This document shows positions 39,501 to 51,889 of a DNA stretch of 64,000 nt, piece after piece. Position numbers and translations under genes: made by a program. The notes beneath the pieces are model-generated. The model saw nothing but the letters and a program-made list of their open reading frames with translations, did not search any database and was not told the DNA's origin. Within the stretch, counting starts at the first letter, position 1; every line of letters begins with the position of its first letter. The stretch comes from Mobula hypostoma (Eukaryota), in contig NC_086097.1 of assembly GCF_963921235.1 (NCBI RefSeq), forward strand, positions 145,392,001-145,456,000, read 5' to 3'.

Positions 39501-40640
39501 GGATTTCCAGAAGGCTTTTGACAAGGCGCCACACATGAGGTTGCTTATCAAGCTATGAGCCCATGGTATAACAGGAAAGATTCTAGCATGGATAAAGCAG
39601 TGGCTGATTGGCAGGAGGCAAAGAGTGGGAATAAAGGGAGCCTTTTCTGTTTGGTTGCCGGTGACCAGTGATATTCTATAGGGGTCTTTGTTGGGACTGA
39701 TGCTTTTTACATTATATGTCAATGATTTGGATCAATTGATGGCTTTGTTGCAATGTTTGAAGATAGTATGAAGAGGGCCAGGTACATGAGGAAATAGAGA
39801 GATTACGGAAGGACTTAGACAGATTAGGAGCATGGGCAAAGAAATGGCAGATGGAATAAAGTATCTGAAGTGTATGGTCATTCACTTTTGTTAAAGAAAT
39901 GAAAGGGTTGACCATTTTATAAATGGAGAGAAAGTACAAAAAACTGAGGCGTGAAGGAACTTGGGAGTCCTTGTGCAATATTCCTGAAAGGTTAATTTGC
40001 AGGTTGAGTCTGTGATGAGGAAGGGAAATGCGATGTTAGCATTCATTTCAAGAGGACTAGAATATAAAAGCAAGATTGTAATGTTATGAACACTGGTGAG
40101 ACCTCACTTAGAGTAATGTGAGCAGTTCTGGGCCCCTCACCTTAGGAAGGATGTGCTGAAACTGGAGTGGATTCAAAGGAAGTTCACAAAAATGATTCCA
40201 GGATTGAATGGATTGTCATATGCGGAGCGCTTGATGGCTCTGGGCCTGTATTCACTGGGATTCAGAATTACAAGTGACCTCATTGAAACCTATCCAATGG
40301 TGAAAGGTGGATAGATGGATGTGGAGAGGATGGTGGGAGAGTCTAAGACCAGATGACAGTCTCAGAAAAGAGGGGTGTCTTTTTAGAATGGAGATGAGGA
40401 GGAATTTCTTTAGCCAGAGAGTGGTGAATCTGTGGAATTCCTTGCCACAGGCAGCTGTGGAGGCCAAGTGTTTATGTATATTTAAGGCAGAGGCTGATAG
40501 ATTTGTGATTGGTCAGGGCATGAAGGGATATAGGGAGAAGGCAGGAGATTGGGGCTGAGAGGAAAACTGTTTATCAGCAATGATAAAATGGTGGAGCAGA
40601 CTCAATGGGCCAAATGGCCTAATTCTGTTCCTGTATCTTA
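36530..40640 (+). mobile_element. Near full-length decayed CR1 LINE (ORF1 Zn-finger + SGNH esterase; ORF2 APE-RT)
   Basis: ORF1 esterase motifs VVIGDSLVRG, VHVGTNDIG, RDGLHLN. ORF2 fragments YLNARSI, KSPGPDG, LDFQKAFDK; CR1 3' end RRNFFSQRVVNLWNSLP. Confidence 0.9.
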
Positions 40641-41269
40641 AAAGGGGATAACTATACTTATTTAAGGTTTTTTTTTATCTTGTTATTTCATGCTCGTCAT
40701 TTATTTATTTATTATCTACATTTGCAGAGTTTGTTTACAGTTTACAGATCCTGCTTACAGTTACTTTTCTACAGATCTGATAAGTATGCCCGCAGAAAAA
40801 GAGTCTCAGGGTTGTATACTCTGATAATAAATGTTTATTTGAGGTTTGAACTTTGAACAGTTGAGACATATAAACTGATAATCCTAACATGCTGGTTCTC
40901 CATTAGAGGGAGCCAGATTTGTGATGCATTTGCTAAAACTGTTTTTGATGGCAAAACCAACCCCAAGAAGGTAGTGTTTTCCTTCTTGTTTACTTCGTCC
41001 AGAGATAGAGACAAAACAGAATACAAAATATTGTCTTCATGCATATGCTGGCCATCACTGAACTGAGTGACACTCACAGTCCATAAAAGCATGGGGCAAT
41101 AAGACAAGGGAGAAATATCAGACCATTCAGCCCATTGAGTCTGCTCTGCCATTCCATCATGCCTGGTTTAAATTCCTCTTTCACCCCCATTCTCCTTCCT
41201 TCTCCACATACCCTTTGTCACCCAAACTTATCATGTACCCATCAATCTCTGCTTCAATACCCAACGATT

Positions 41270-41545
41270 TGTATTCTGAGCCTGTGCCTGTTGTATATTT
41301 AATATTTCTCTAATATTTGACTGATATTGTAGATATATTGTTTTGATTAAGCATCCTTTGTTGTTTAGGTAATTGATTAGGTTTATACTGTTTGTAAAGG
41401 TACATACGGCACTACACCACCACGTCATATGTATGACCTTGTTAAAAGTAAAACAAAACTAAAGTGGACATGCGTTACTTCCTGACTTTGTGTTTTTCTT
41501 TCAATTAGAGTTATGTTTTGGAGTTACAAAACAACAGTGGTGACA
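41270..41545 (+). mobile_element. Probable LTR with PBS remnant
   Basis: TGT...AACA followed immediately by GTGGTGAC (PBS-like); no TSD seen. Confidence 0.45.
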
Positions 41546-44399
41546 TATGTGTGTTTGTGTGTGTGTATATATACACACACAGAAACAGTATATATACACA
41601 CGGTATTAAATCCATCCCATTCAGTCCTTAACATTTAATTGTTGTGGAGGATTTCTTACTCTTGTAGAATAATGACTTTCCTGACAAAGGGGGTCACTCT
41701 GCTTGGCAGGAGAGACTTGCTTCTGGTATCAAAATCATCCTGATGTTACATTGCAGCCAGTTCCTGTTAAAACTGTATTGATCTAACTGAAGATTAGAAG
41801 TACCATGGTTTTGTGACTGGAGTTTGACATCCTGATGAACCTCTTCTGCACCTCTCCAAAGCTTCCACATCCTTCCTCTAATGTACTTCACATGCCATCT
41901 TACCAAAGTTTTATACAGCTGCAAATTCATTGTGTGTAGAACAAGCACAGAACACAGAACAGTATAACATAAAACAATAGAGTCACAATGGCTGTGCCAA
42001 CTATAACGCCAACTAAAACTAATCCCATCTGACGGTGCATGGTCTATGTCCTCCATTCCCTGAACTTTTTGACTTTAATATTTAGCACTTTATGTCCTTA
42101 TACTCACCTGGGACCAGCACGCAAGTGCCTTCACAAAGGGTGTACAACAGCACCTTTACCTGCTTCGAAGTCTATGTAGATTTGGTATGTCACCTAAAAT
42201 TTCGACAAACTTGCATTGATACACAGTGGAGAGTATCCTACCTGGTTGCATCACAGGCTGGTATGAATACACTGATGCCCAGCAAAGGAAAAGCCTTCAG
42301 AAACTGATGGATACAGCCCAGTCAGTCACAGGAAAAAGCTCCCTCTGGCTCTGAGCACATTTACATAGAATGCTGCCACAAGAAAGCAGCATCCATCATC
42401 GAGGTTCCCTACCATCCAGGCCAAGCTCTCTTCCCACTACTATCATTAGGCAGGAGGTACAGAAGCCTTACGTCCCACAGCACCAGGTTCAAAAGCAATT
42501 ATTACCCTGCAACCATCTGGCACCTGAATCTGGCCAACTTCACCTGCCACATCTCTGAACTGATTCCACAACCTACAGACTCACTTTTAATAGTATTTTT
42601 GCAATTCCAAAGAATTGAAGAGAGGTATTTTTATTTCTGCAGTTTGTCTTCTTTTGCACATTGTTTGTCAGTGTTTATGTACCATTTATCATAAATCCTG
42701 TTGTATTTCTTTATTTTCCTGCAAATGCCCACAAGAAAATGAATCTTAGGGCCGTATATGGTGACATATATGTATGTTGATAATAAATTTACTTTGAACT
42801 TTGACTTGACTTTGATCACCATAGCTACTTGTGTTGCCTGGAGAATTATTCAAACCCTACACAGGAGGAAGATATGATACAGGTTCTTAAGTTAGAAGTG
42901 GGTACTGAAAATACGTTGGCATTAATAATGTAGTGAAACAACATAAAAAGGAATATTATTTGTAAAAATGGATTCCAATTCATGTCAATGAGGAGGAATT
43001 TCTTTAGCCAGAGGGTAGTGAATCTGTGGAATTCATTCCCACAGATGCCTGTTTTAGGCCAAGTCATTGGGTATATTTAAAGCAGAGGTTGATTAGTCAG
43101 GTTGGTGAAGGCTATGGGAGGCGGCCAAACAAAGGGGTAATTCATCCATGATGGAATGGCAGAGCAGACTCGATGGGCCAAGTGGACTAATTTTGCTCCT
43201 ATTTCTTTTGGTATTAAATATATTGCACTTCCACAAAACAGGTGCATCATATAAATCCAATCATGAGCATTGCACTCGACACGCCCAGCTTGGTGAGCAC
43301 TATTCAAAATCCCCATATTTCCCTGCAGCACCCTCTGGATTGGAGTACAGTATTCCCAGAGTGGATACTGCTGCCTGACAGTGGTCTTTGTGACAAAGAG
43401 ACAGTCAAGTGAGCTCACTTTAAGTCACTGACATTTTGGATGATGCAATGTTATCACTTTTTCATTCCTCTGCAAGGCATTTCCAAGGCTTTTATTATAT
43501 CTCCTACTTTTTTGAGTGTTGAGATATACTGTAAAATTTGCATCCCTTCGACTCAAAGGAACTAATATGCAAGATTACTCAGAATCAGATTAATATCACC
43601 AGCATATGTTGTTACGCAGTAGCAGTACATTACAATACCTAATAAAAATTGTAAATTACAATAAATACATATTTATATTTAAGAAGTTAACTTAAATAAA
43701 TAGTGCAAAAAGAGAGAATAAATAGTGAGGTAGTGTTCAATGTCCATTCAGAAACCTGGCAGCGGAGGGGAAGAATCTGTTTCTGACTCGTTGTGTGTGC
43801 CTTCCGGCTCCTGAACCTCCTTCCTGACGGTAGCAAATGAGAAGAGGGTATGTCCTGGGTGGTGGGACGCCACCTCTTTGAGGCACTGCTCCTTGAATAT
43901 GTCCTGGATGCTGGGGAGGATGGAGCTGATGGTGTTCACAACTTCCCGCAGCTTATTTCGATCCTGTGCAACGACCCCCCCCCCCCATGGAAGAAGGTGG
44001 GGGCAGAGCCTACAGTACAATCATATTGGGAGAAAGTCAGGATTTTTGCCGACTGTATAACGAAGCAGCCCGAAGTTCCGTGACGAATAAAGATCAGAAG
44101 GTGAGTTAGGTAGCAGTTTGAAAGTATGGCTAGAGGGCTGAGGCAGCTGGCAAATTTATCCTGCGCCTTAGTGTAACACTCTGCCTGATCAGCGTTTCAT
44201 GTCGATGATTTCTATCAAAGATATCTCTACCTGAAGTGTTAACACATATACGCTCTGACCTTCTGGCTACTGTTAGAATTTTCTGTTGCGTTGTCCTCGT
44301 TTGAGCATGGAGGTGAAAACCGGTTAGCAGAAGTTCTTTGTTTACATGATATACATATATATAAAACTATAACTCAGAACACATTTTAACCTCACGAAC

Positions 44400-44641
44400 A
44401 CTTCAACGCTTAACATTAAAACACGCCGTCAATCACCCGCAGTACGGCCACATGCTTGCGCTTCCACGTTACGTTTACGCATGGAATTCCGCAACTCGCC
44501 GAGGTTACGTCAGCTCGCTGATTGGATACATTGATTGGATCACGTGAAACCTTTGAGCTGGGGTTGTGGGTCAGGCTGATGTATGTGTTACATTGGCCGG
44601 TGTAGTTTGCAATTGAAGTTAAGAGTCCGGTTGCTTTAAAG
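44400..44641 (+). promoter_or_regulatory. ELP6 promoter / 5' region, possibly bidirectional
   Basis: Locally CpG-rich unique sequence. CRE/PAR-like TTACGTCA 44505-44512, inverted CCAAT boxes (ATTGG) at 44521, 44534 and 44592, E-box CACGTG 44541-44546, no obvious TATA box. Confidence 0.7.
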
Positions 44642-44695
44642 ATGTTTCAAGAACTGAATAATATTCTTAATACAACTCCCGAAACATGTGAGCAG
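44642..44695 (+). CDS. ELP6: Elongator complex protein 6, coding exon 1
   Basis: MFQELNNILNTTPETCEQ|gtaat matches the human ELP6 N-terminus MFVELNNLLNTTPDRAEQ (recalled). Confidence 0.93.
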
Positions 44696-47664
44696 GTAAT
44701 GGGCTCTCTTACTGTTCAAGGCTTCCTGCAGAATGTGTTGGGGTGTGGGGAATCCACTGATTTAGCCGGAGTTGGCGGCAGAATAGAGTTTTTCTAGGGC
44801 CGCGTGGGAATTAGACAATGCATGACCTTCTCTAACTCAGTCGTTCCTCTAGTTGTGGAAACTAGAGTTGTGCCCAAAACTGCAGGAAATTGTAGACAGC
44901 CCAGCACGTCACGTAAAGCAGCTTTCCTCTGTGGACTCATGTTTTTTGCTGCCTTGATGAAGCAGCCAATATAATCAAAAGCTCCACTTTTCCTAGACAC
45001 GCACAAAATGCTGGGGGATCTCAGCGGGCCAGGCAGCATCTATGGAAAAGAGTACAGCCGATGTTTCGGGCCGAACCCCTTTGGCCTGCTGAGTTGCTCC
45101 AGCATTTGTGTGTGTGTTGCTCGGATTTCCAGCATCTGCAGATTTTCTGTTGTTTGTGATTGGATTACTACTCTTCCGAGACATTCTCTCTTCTCCCTTC
45201 TCCCATCAAGCAGAACATATAAAAGCCTGAAAATACATATTTCCAGGCTCGAGGACAGCATCTAAGACGACTGAACGGCCCTCCAGTACAATAACATGGA
45301 CCTTTGACCTCACATTCTAACTCATTAAGGTCTTGCCCTGATTGTCTACCTGCATTGCACTTTCTCTGTAACTAACACTTTATTCTGCCTTTTGATGTTA
45401 CTTTCTCTATGAACTGATCTGTACGGATGGCATGCTAACCTAAGTTTTTCACTGTGCCTTAATACGTTTCAATTTACTATTGAAATATTTGTTCCCTAAC
45501 TATAGCTAATTTTCTTTACTCCGTGATCGGTGCTTGTGCTTTCACCTACTTTAATCCCAAAAGTTCTTAAACTGTATTCACACTTACCTACTTTTCTTTT
45601 ATACAGCTGTGCTTAAAGTTGTTGCATTTGACCAAGATATTTATTGGCTACGCGTTCAACAATTGCTGTGATTTTGTCAAAATTAATTAATACTGCATTT
45701 CTAGGATGCCATAGTGTCTATGTGTATAAGAATATTACTATAATATGAATGTATATAATATGAATATTAGTGTCATAGTGTATATGAATATTATTTTTAC
45801 AGTTGGTCACAATGAGACAATCTGTGAGCCTCCTTTAAGATTAGAAGATCCTAAAATACAAAATATTACAGTACAGAAAATTATTAGAAAATTCAAAGCT
45901 ATTTTCTATTGTCATTCTCATATCTTGGCATCCTCATCTGCTTTAGAACTATAGCATACAGGCAACCATTAAGTCCACAGCAGATCATTTAAAATGTACA
46001 GTGGTGTTTTCCTCAAGACTCTCCATTGCAGGACATCATCTGCTTTGACTCTGCATTATTTTACTTTATTTTGGAGACAGTGAGGAACGGACCCTACCAA
46101 CCCAGTGAGCCACACCACTCAGCAACCAACCTATTTAACGCTGGCCTAATTACAGGACAATTTACAATGACCAATTAACCTACTGACTGGGGTACGCCTT
46201 TGAGAATGAAGCCAGAGCACCGAGAGGAAACACTCACATTCAGGGGAGGAACGTACAAACTCTGTACAGGAAATCTTGGAACTGAACTCTGAACTCCAGT
46301 GCCCCGAGCTGTAACAGAGCCGCACTAACTGCTGCACTACTATTGTGAAGTTGCTCCATATCTTCCTAGTCACACTCTTGGCAGGAATTTAAATTGATCT
46401 TTGTTAACTGGCCCACAGACTACACAAAATAACTATTTGCTTATAAACTTTAACTCTTCATACTTTGTATCATAAGTTAAATTTAATGTGTACTACTTTT
46501 TGGTTATGTAGTCTCGGTCATCTGCTACCATAACCAAATTTAATTGCTTATCTCCTCAGTCTAATCTGAATGTAGAGATATTCTGTATGTTCCCTGTGGC
46601 TTTTATATGTGAAGTGTCTAAAATCTTGTAACTGATAAAACAGAAAATGCTGGAAATAAAAAAGAGAGAGCTGGAGGAGATCAGAAGGTTGGGCAGAATC
46701 TGTGGAAGAAAAGGAATGGTTGATGTTTTGGAACAAGTCCTGATGCTGCATGCATTTATTACTGTAAACTTCCCTAACCGGAATTACTGTGAAGATTAAA
46801 AATGGTCAGTGTCCTTTCTTCAATCTTCATCCGCATTCCTCAAATCTGCTCAGTTATCTCCATCTTAATGTTTTGTTTCTGTTTCAAATCCGGTATATTA
46901 GGATTTTTTCACACTAATAACATCACAACTGCACCCCACCCACCCTACCAATCGACCATCTCTTCCTAGATCACATTGACCCTTTCTTATATTTGTAGTG
47001 AATTCTTTTCCTTCCTTCCAACATTTCCCCGTGAAATTCCTTTGATTGCCTTTTTTATTTTATTTCGAGATACAGTGCTGAGTGGGCCCTTTTGGTTCAA
47101 TGAGCCGCACCACATGGCAACCGCTATGTTACAATGGCATTTTTTTTTTGAGAGGTAGTCTGTCAGTTCCTAGGGCAGTTAGCATACACACTCACACAAA
47201 AATTAATTAAAAAAAAGACAATGGCATTTTTGTTACACTTTGGCTCTTATTGCATCCAGGTATATTGCCTCAAAATGACTCAATCCTGTAAAAGAAGAAC
47301 ATAACTTGTAATACTCTTATTCAGGTAAAGCAACAAAATAAAATAAAATCTGTAAACACAAGATCAATTGAGAAAAGTGGAGTTAATGCTTCAAGTACAT
47401 TGCTCATTGTCAGTTATGAAAAAATTACAGATCAACTGTGAGGGTGAGAAAAGATGGAGCAGGAGAAAAATGAGGTGATTGATAGAAAAGTTCAAGACCA
47501 ATGAAAGCTCACCAAGAGAAATTTGAGAAGTTACAAAAGAAAACTCTGTAAGCACAATATGTCTGTCTTGTTTTGCATTTGCTTCCTCCTAATCCTCCTC
47601 CATCTAACTTGGTTGGTTTTCAGCTTTTGTCTTGGGTTCTAAGGGTCCGCAATATTTTCCAATA

Positions 47665-49268
47665 CCGGTGTTCCCCGCTTTTCGAACGTTCGCTTTACGA
47701 AACCTCACTGATACGAAAGACCTACATTAGCACCCTGTTTTTGCTTTCAGAAGGTGTTTTCACTGTTACGAAGAAAGGCAGCGCGTGATAAAAAATCAGC
47801 GTGTGATAGAAGGCAGCGTGCACCCTGAGCAGCCGCTCTCCCCTGGATTTGGAACGGCATTGCTTAAACACATTGCATTGAGCAGCCGTTAGCAAGATGA
47901 GTTCTAAGGTGTCGGAAAAGCCTGAAAGAGCTCATAAGGGTGTTACACTTAGCATAAAACTAGACATAATTAAGCGTTTCGATCGTGGTGACCGAAGCAA
48001 GGACAAAGTGAGTTTGGCTTGTGGAAGTTGACAAAGATGATGTTGAAGAGGTTTTGGCATCCCGTGACCAAGAACTGATAGATAAAGAGCTGGTGCAATT
48101 GGAAGAAAAAAGGATAACAATCGAAACCGAATGCAGTCACGAAAGTGAACTCGTCCAGGAACTGAACGTGAAGCAGCTGCGTGAGATTTTTGCTGCAATG
48201 ATAAAGTACGACTTTAATTTTGAAAGGGTACGTAGGTTTAGGGGATATTTGCAGGATGTTTTGAGTCCTTACAAAGAACTGTGTGATAGAAAAATGCTCG
48301 AGGCTCAGCAGTCAAGCAAGCCTTCCAGCAGACGACGAACCTCGACCTTCGACATCGAGGCAGGCAGTCATAGGAGAAGATGAGCTGCCTGCCCTGATTG
48401 ATGATGAGATGACAACCCCGTGTCCCACCACCCCAACCCCTGGGCCCCGGACAGATGCTGTACCGATTCGCGGAGAATGCAGCAGTAGCCGGGAGACACA
48501 CAGCACATCTTTAAGAAAAAAGCCGAAATAAACATGCTAATTAATTAGGTGCCGCCTAGCACTAATTGTCGGCCCAGATCAGTGCCGATGCAATCGCCTC
48601 TGATCTGCGCCGACATTTACGTGCCGGGCAGCACCTAATTAATTAGCATGTTTATTTCAGCTTTTTTCTTAAAGTTGTGCTGTGTGCCTCCCTGCTACCC
48701 CTGCATGCTTCGCGGCAATGTATCAGTCGGCGGCCTGGAGGGTGGGGGCCACTGTACCACCCCAACCTGCGACAATTCAGTCTAACACACCATCATCAAT
48801 GTGCTCGATGTCTTCCCAATTCCCGTAAGTGATACTACACTGTACATACATTATTTCTACTTTATATCGGCTGTGTATTTTTACGTGTTATTTGGTAGAT
48901 TTGGTAGCTTCATAGTTTAAAGGTTACTGGAGAGTGCGTTTATGCCGAGAGCGCTTGCGTGAGATTTTCTGCCGAGAGCGCTTGCGTGAGATTTTCGCTA
49001 CAGAGATCTGTGCAGGCGATCGTTGTGAAGTATTTCTACTTTATATAGGCTGTGTATTTATCATATCATTCCTGCTTTTACTATATGTTACTGTTATTTT
49101 AGGTTTTATGTGTTATTAGGCATGATTTGGTAGGTTATTTTTGGGTCTGCGAACGCTCACAAAATTTTCCCATATAAATAAATGGTAATTGCTTCTTCGC
49201 TTTACGACATTTCGGCTTACGAACCGTTTCATAGGAACGCTTTACCTTCGGTTGGCGGGGGAAACCTG
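47665..49268 (+). mobile_element. Internally deleted Tigger/pogo (TcMar) DNA transposon
   Basis: TA at both flanks; imperfect TIRs C(C/A)GGT..CCCCGC. HTH N-terminus MSSKVSEKPERAHKGVTLSIKLDIIKRFDRG is joined directly to the C-terminus DDVEEVLASRDQEL...LSPYKEL; the DDE domain is absent. Confidence 0.85.
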
Positions 49269-51889
49269 TACTGATTTTTGTTGTGACATTCAAATCTGGC
49301 CACTTGGTGCTGCTGTTGATAGCTCCACAAACTTGTTTCACAATATAGAAAAAAATCAAGGAGAATTTAGAACTTTGAAGAATATTCATGGTGTCCAGGC
49401 TTTTAAAGTTAAAAGTAAATTTATTATCAAAGTATGTTTGTGTTGCCATATACTACCTTGACTTTCTTTTCTTGGAAGCATTTACAGGAAAAAGGAAATA
49501 TAATAGAAATTTAAGAAGAACTGTCCATGTGCAGATAAAGACTGAGAAGCAGCTAAGGTGCAAAAGAAGACAAACTGCCCAGATAAAAATAACATTGAGA
49601 GCATGAGTTGCAAAGGAGTTCTGTAAAGTGAGTCTGTAGGTCATAGAATCAGTTCAGAGTAGTGAGAAATTCAGCTATTCATGCCATTTCAAGGCTCCTG
49701 TATCTCCGGCCCAATAATAGTAGTGAGAAGAGGGTATGGCCTGGATAATGGGGGTTGTTGATAACAGACACAGATCTCTTGTGGCAGTGCTCCATGTGAA
49801 TGTACTCAGAGTTGGAGAGGACTTTGACTGTGGTGGGCTGGGCTGTGTCCACCATTTTCTGTAGGATTTTCCGTTTGATGTTGGTCACTTGATCAGAAAG
49901 AACTTGCTGTTATCAGTCCTACATTTACCATGTACTGGTTTGTGTGTCATGTGATAAATTTAATTTTGAAGCTACTCAATACCTTCCAAATTTCTACTGT
50001 TATCAGACTTTTTCAGGGCTTCGTGATTTCTCCATTTCCTCATGACCAGGAATTAGCTGTGCCCTCTCAGCAGTCTTCGCCTGGCTCTTTCACTTGGCTG
50101 GTTATTTTTTTTGTTAAATGCTATTCTTGTTACTGTTCTTGTAATTTTCAATCAATGCTGTTCCTTGTCACAATATCAGTTTTATGATCAAGATCTGTTG
50201 TATAAGCAAATGGCGTAGAATGTTACAGTGGTGACCTATTTTATTCTGTGGTCTTTAATTTCTTTCATCCCACTTTCCTTGTGCACTATTGAAGTTCCTT
50301 CTTCAAAAGAGACAAGTCATTTTTAAAACTATTTGTTGTTATCTAATTCTGGTGGAATCTTGCTTTGTCTCTTTTTTCTGGAACTTTGAGGGAGGAGTGT
50401 TTTAGCTTTTTTTTAAACTTAATATCCCAAAGGTGAATTAATTGAAGCACTTGTTTACAGCCTGTATTTTTTTTAAAATGATGATGCAACTTGTATGCTG
50501 CCCTGAGGATGTTTGTATGCTTTGGCTTGTTACAGGTGTGTTTAAGATAAATGGGATAATTGTTTGTAATATTTACGGCAGGTGGATGGGGCATGAGAGG
50601 ATAAGGAGAGTAATTATAAATCAGTTTGCCGGTAGACAATGTGTAACTAGCATTGTAAATTAGCATTGTAGAAGAAAGGGGGGAGGGGGAGAAGGGGGGA
50701 ATGGGGTTTCAGTGCTGCTCACTTTATTACTTCACAGTTATAATTGTATTACTTTAGGCATTATAGTCACTTAAGATGTTGGGAATGGGAGTAGCTGTTT
50801 ATACATGGAAAAGTTGCACAGGTAGCACCATTCATTTTGAAATGTGCTCTTGGCTTCACACGACCAGGACACAGCTTAATAGCTCATGAAAGATCTTCAA
50901 CCAGTAACATAATGTTTTTCTTTCTTTTTGGATTTGGTGGTTGTCCATCGTGCACGACAATGACAGAAAAGATGTGCAGGAGAGTTGTTAAAATGGAAAA
51001 GCCATTGCACTGGGGCATTTCCACTCTCTCGACCTCAGAAGTTCGGGTCAAGTAATACAAAGGGCACCACAAATTGGGGACTTTCTCGGTTGCAGTGGGC
51101 AACCGTGACGCCTTCTGTGCCTTGTCATGTTCTTCGCTCTCTACAGAGCATTGTGGGACTGCCTTCCTAGCTGTTGGATCTCACTGTAGATCTCATCCAC
51201 CCAGTGTGCCGGAGATGACTTCACATGCTGGGACAGGCATGTCCCTATCTCACTGGGGTATGAGGCCGCCGGCTACCCTCACCTGGTTTAGCCCACCTGT
51301 TGAAGTGGTGTACCAGGGTGTGGCCGCTGTCGCAGGTAAACAGCTGCTTGGAGCCACAAGTGAGAGCTGAGTGTCCGGTGGGGACCAAAAGTGAGTGAGC
51401 TGCCCCAGAATGGACACGGCAAGCCCCTTCACCAGAGGCGCTTCCTCTCCCTGGACACCCCACAGTCCCCTCTTCATGGTGAATGCCTGATGTACAGTGT
51501 TTTCGGTTATTTTCCCATTCTTTGAGATTGGAGACTGATAAATCTGACTGAGGGTTTCCGTGGGGGGTGAGGGTATCATGAACTGGGGACCTAACATTAA
51601 AGATGGGCCATTCATGAATAAAACTGGTAACTACATTTGTCACACATAGTTGGTGTAAAAAGAGGCCTGAAACTGAGAAAAATGATGTTGATCCGGGCAA
51701 ATGGGACTTTTAGAACTTAGATCGATTCTCTTAGCTTAAAGAATGCTACAAAGAATATGGAGTTAAGTGAAGGATCATAATGTAAACAAAGAGAAGGGAA
51801 TGCCTTAGATGCTCAGTGAAATCCATTATCTTGAAAGTTGCCGTATACAACTTTGCAAGATGAAATAATTGTAAAAATGAGAAATGAGG

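Noticed and set aside
48021..48383. Acidic 120-aa ORF as a TIGD-like domesticated gene
   Set aside because: It lies inside a TIR/TA-bounded deleted Tigger lacking the DDE domain.
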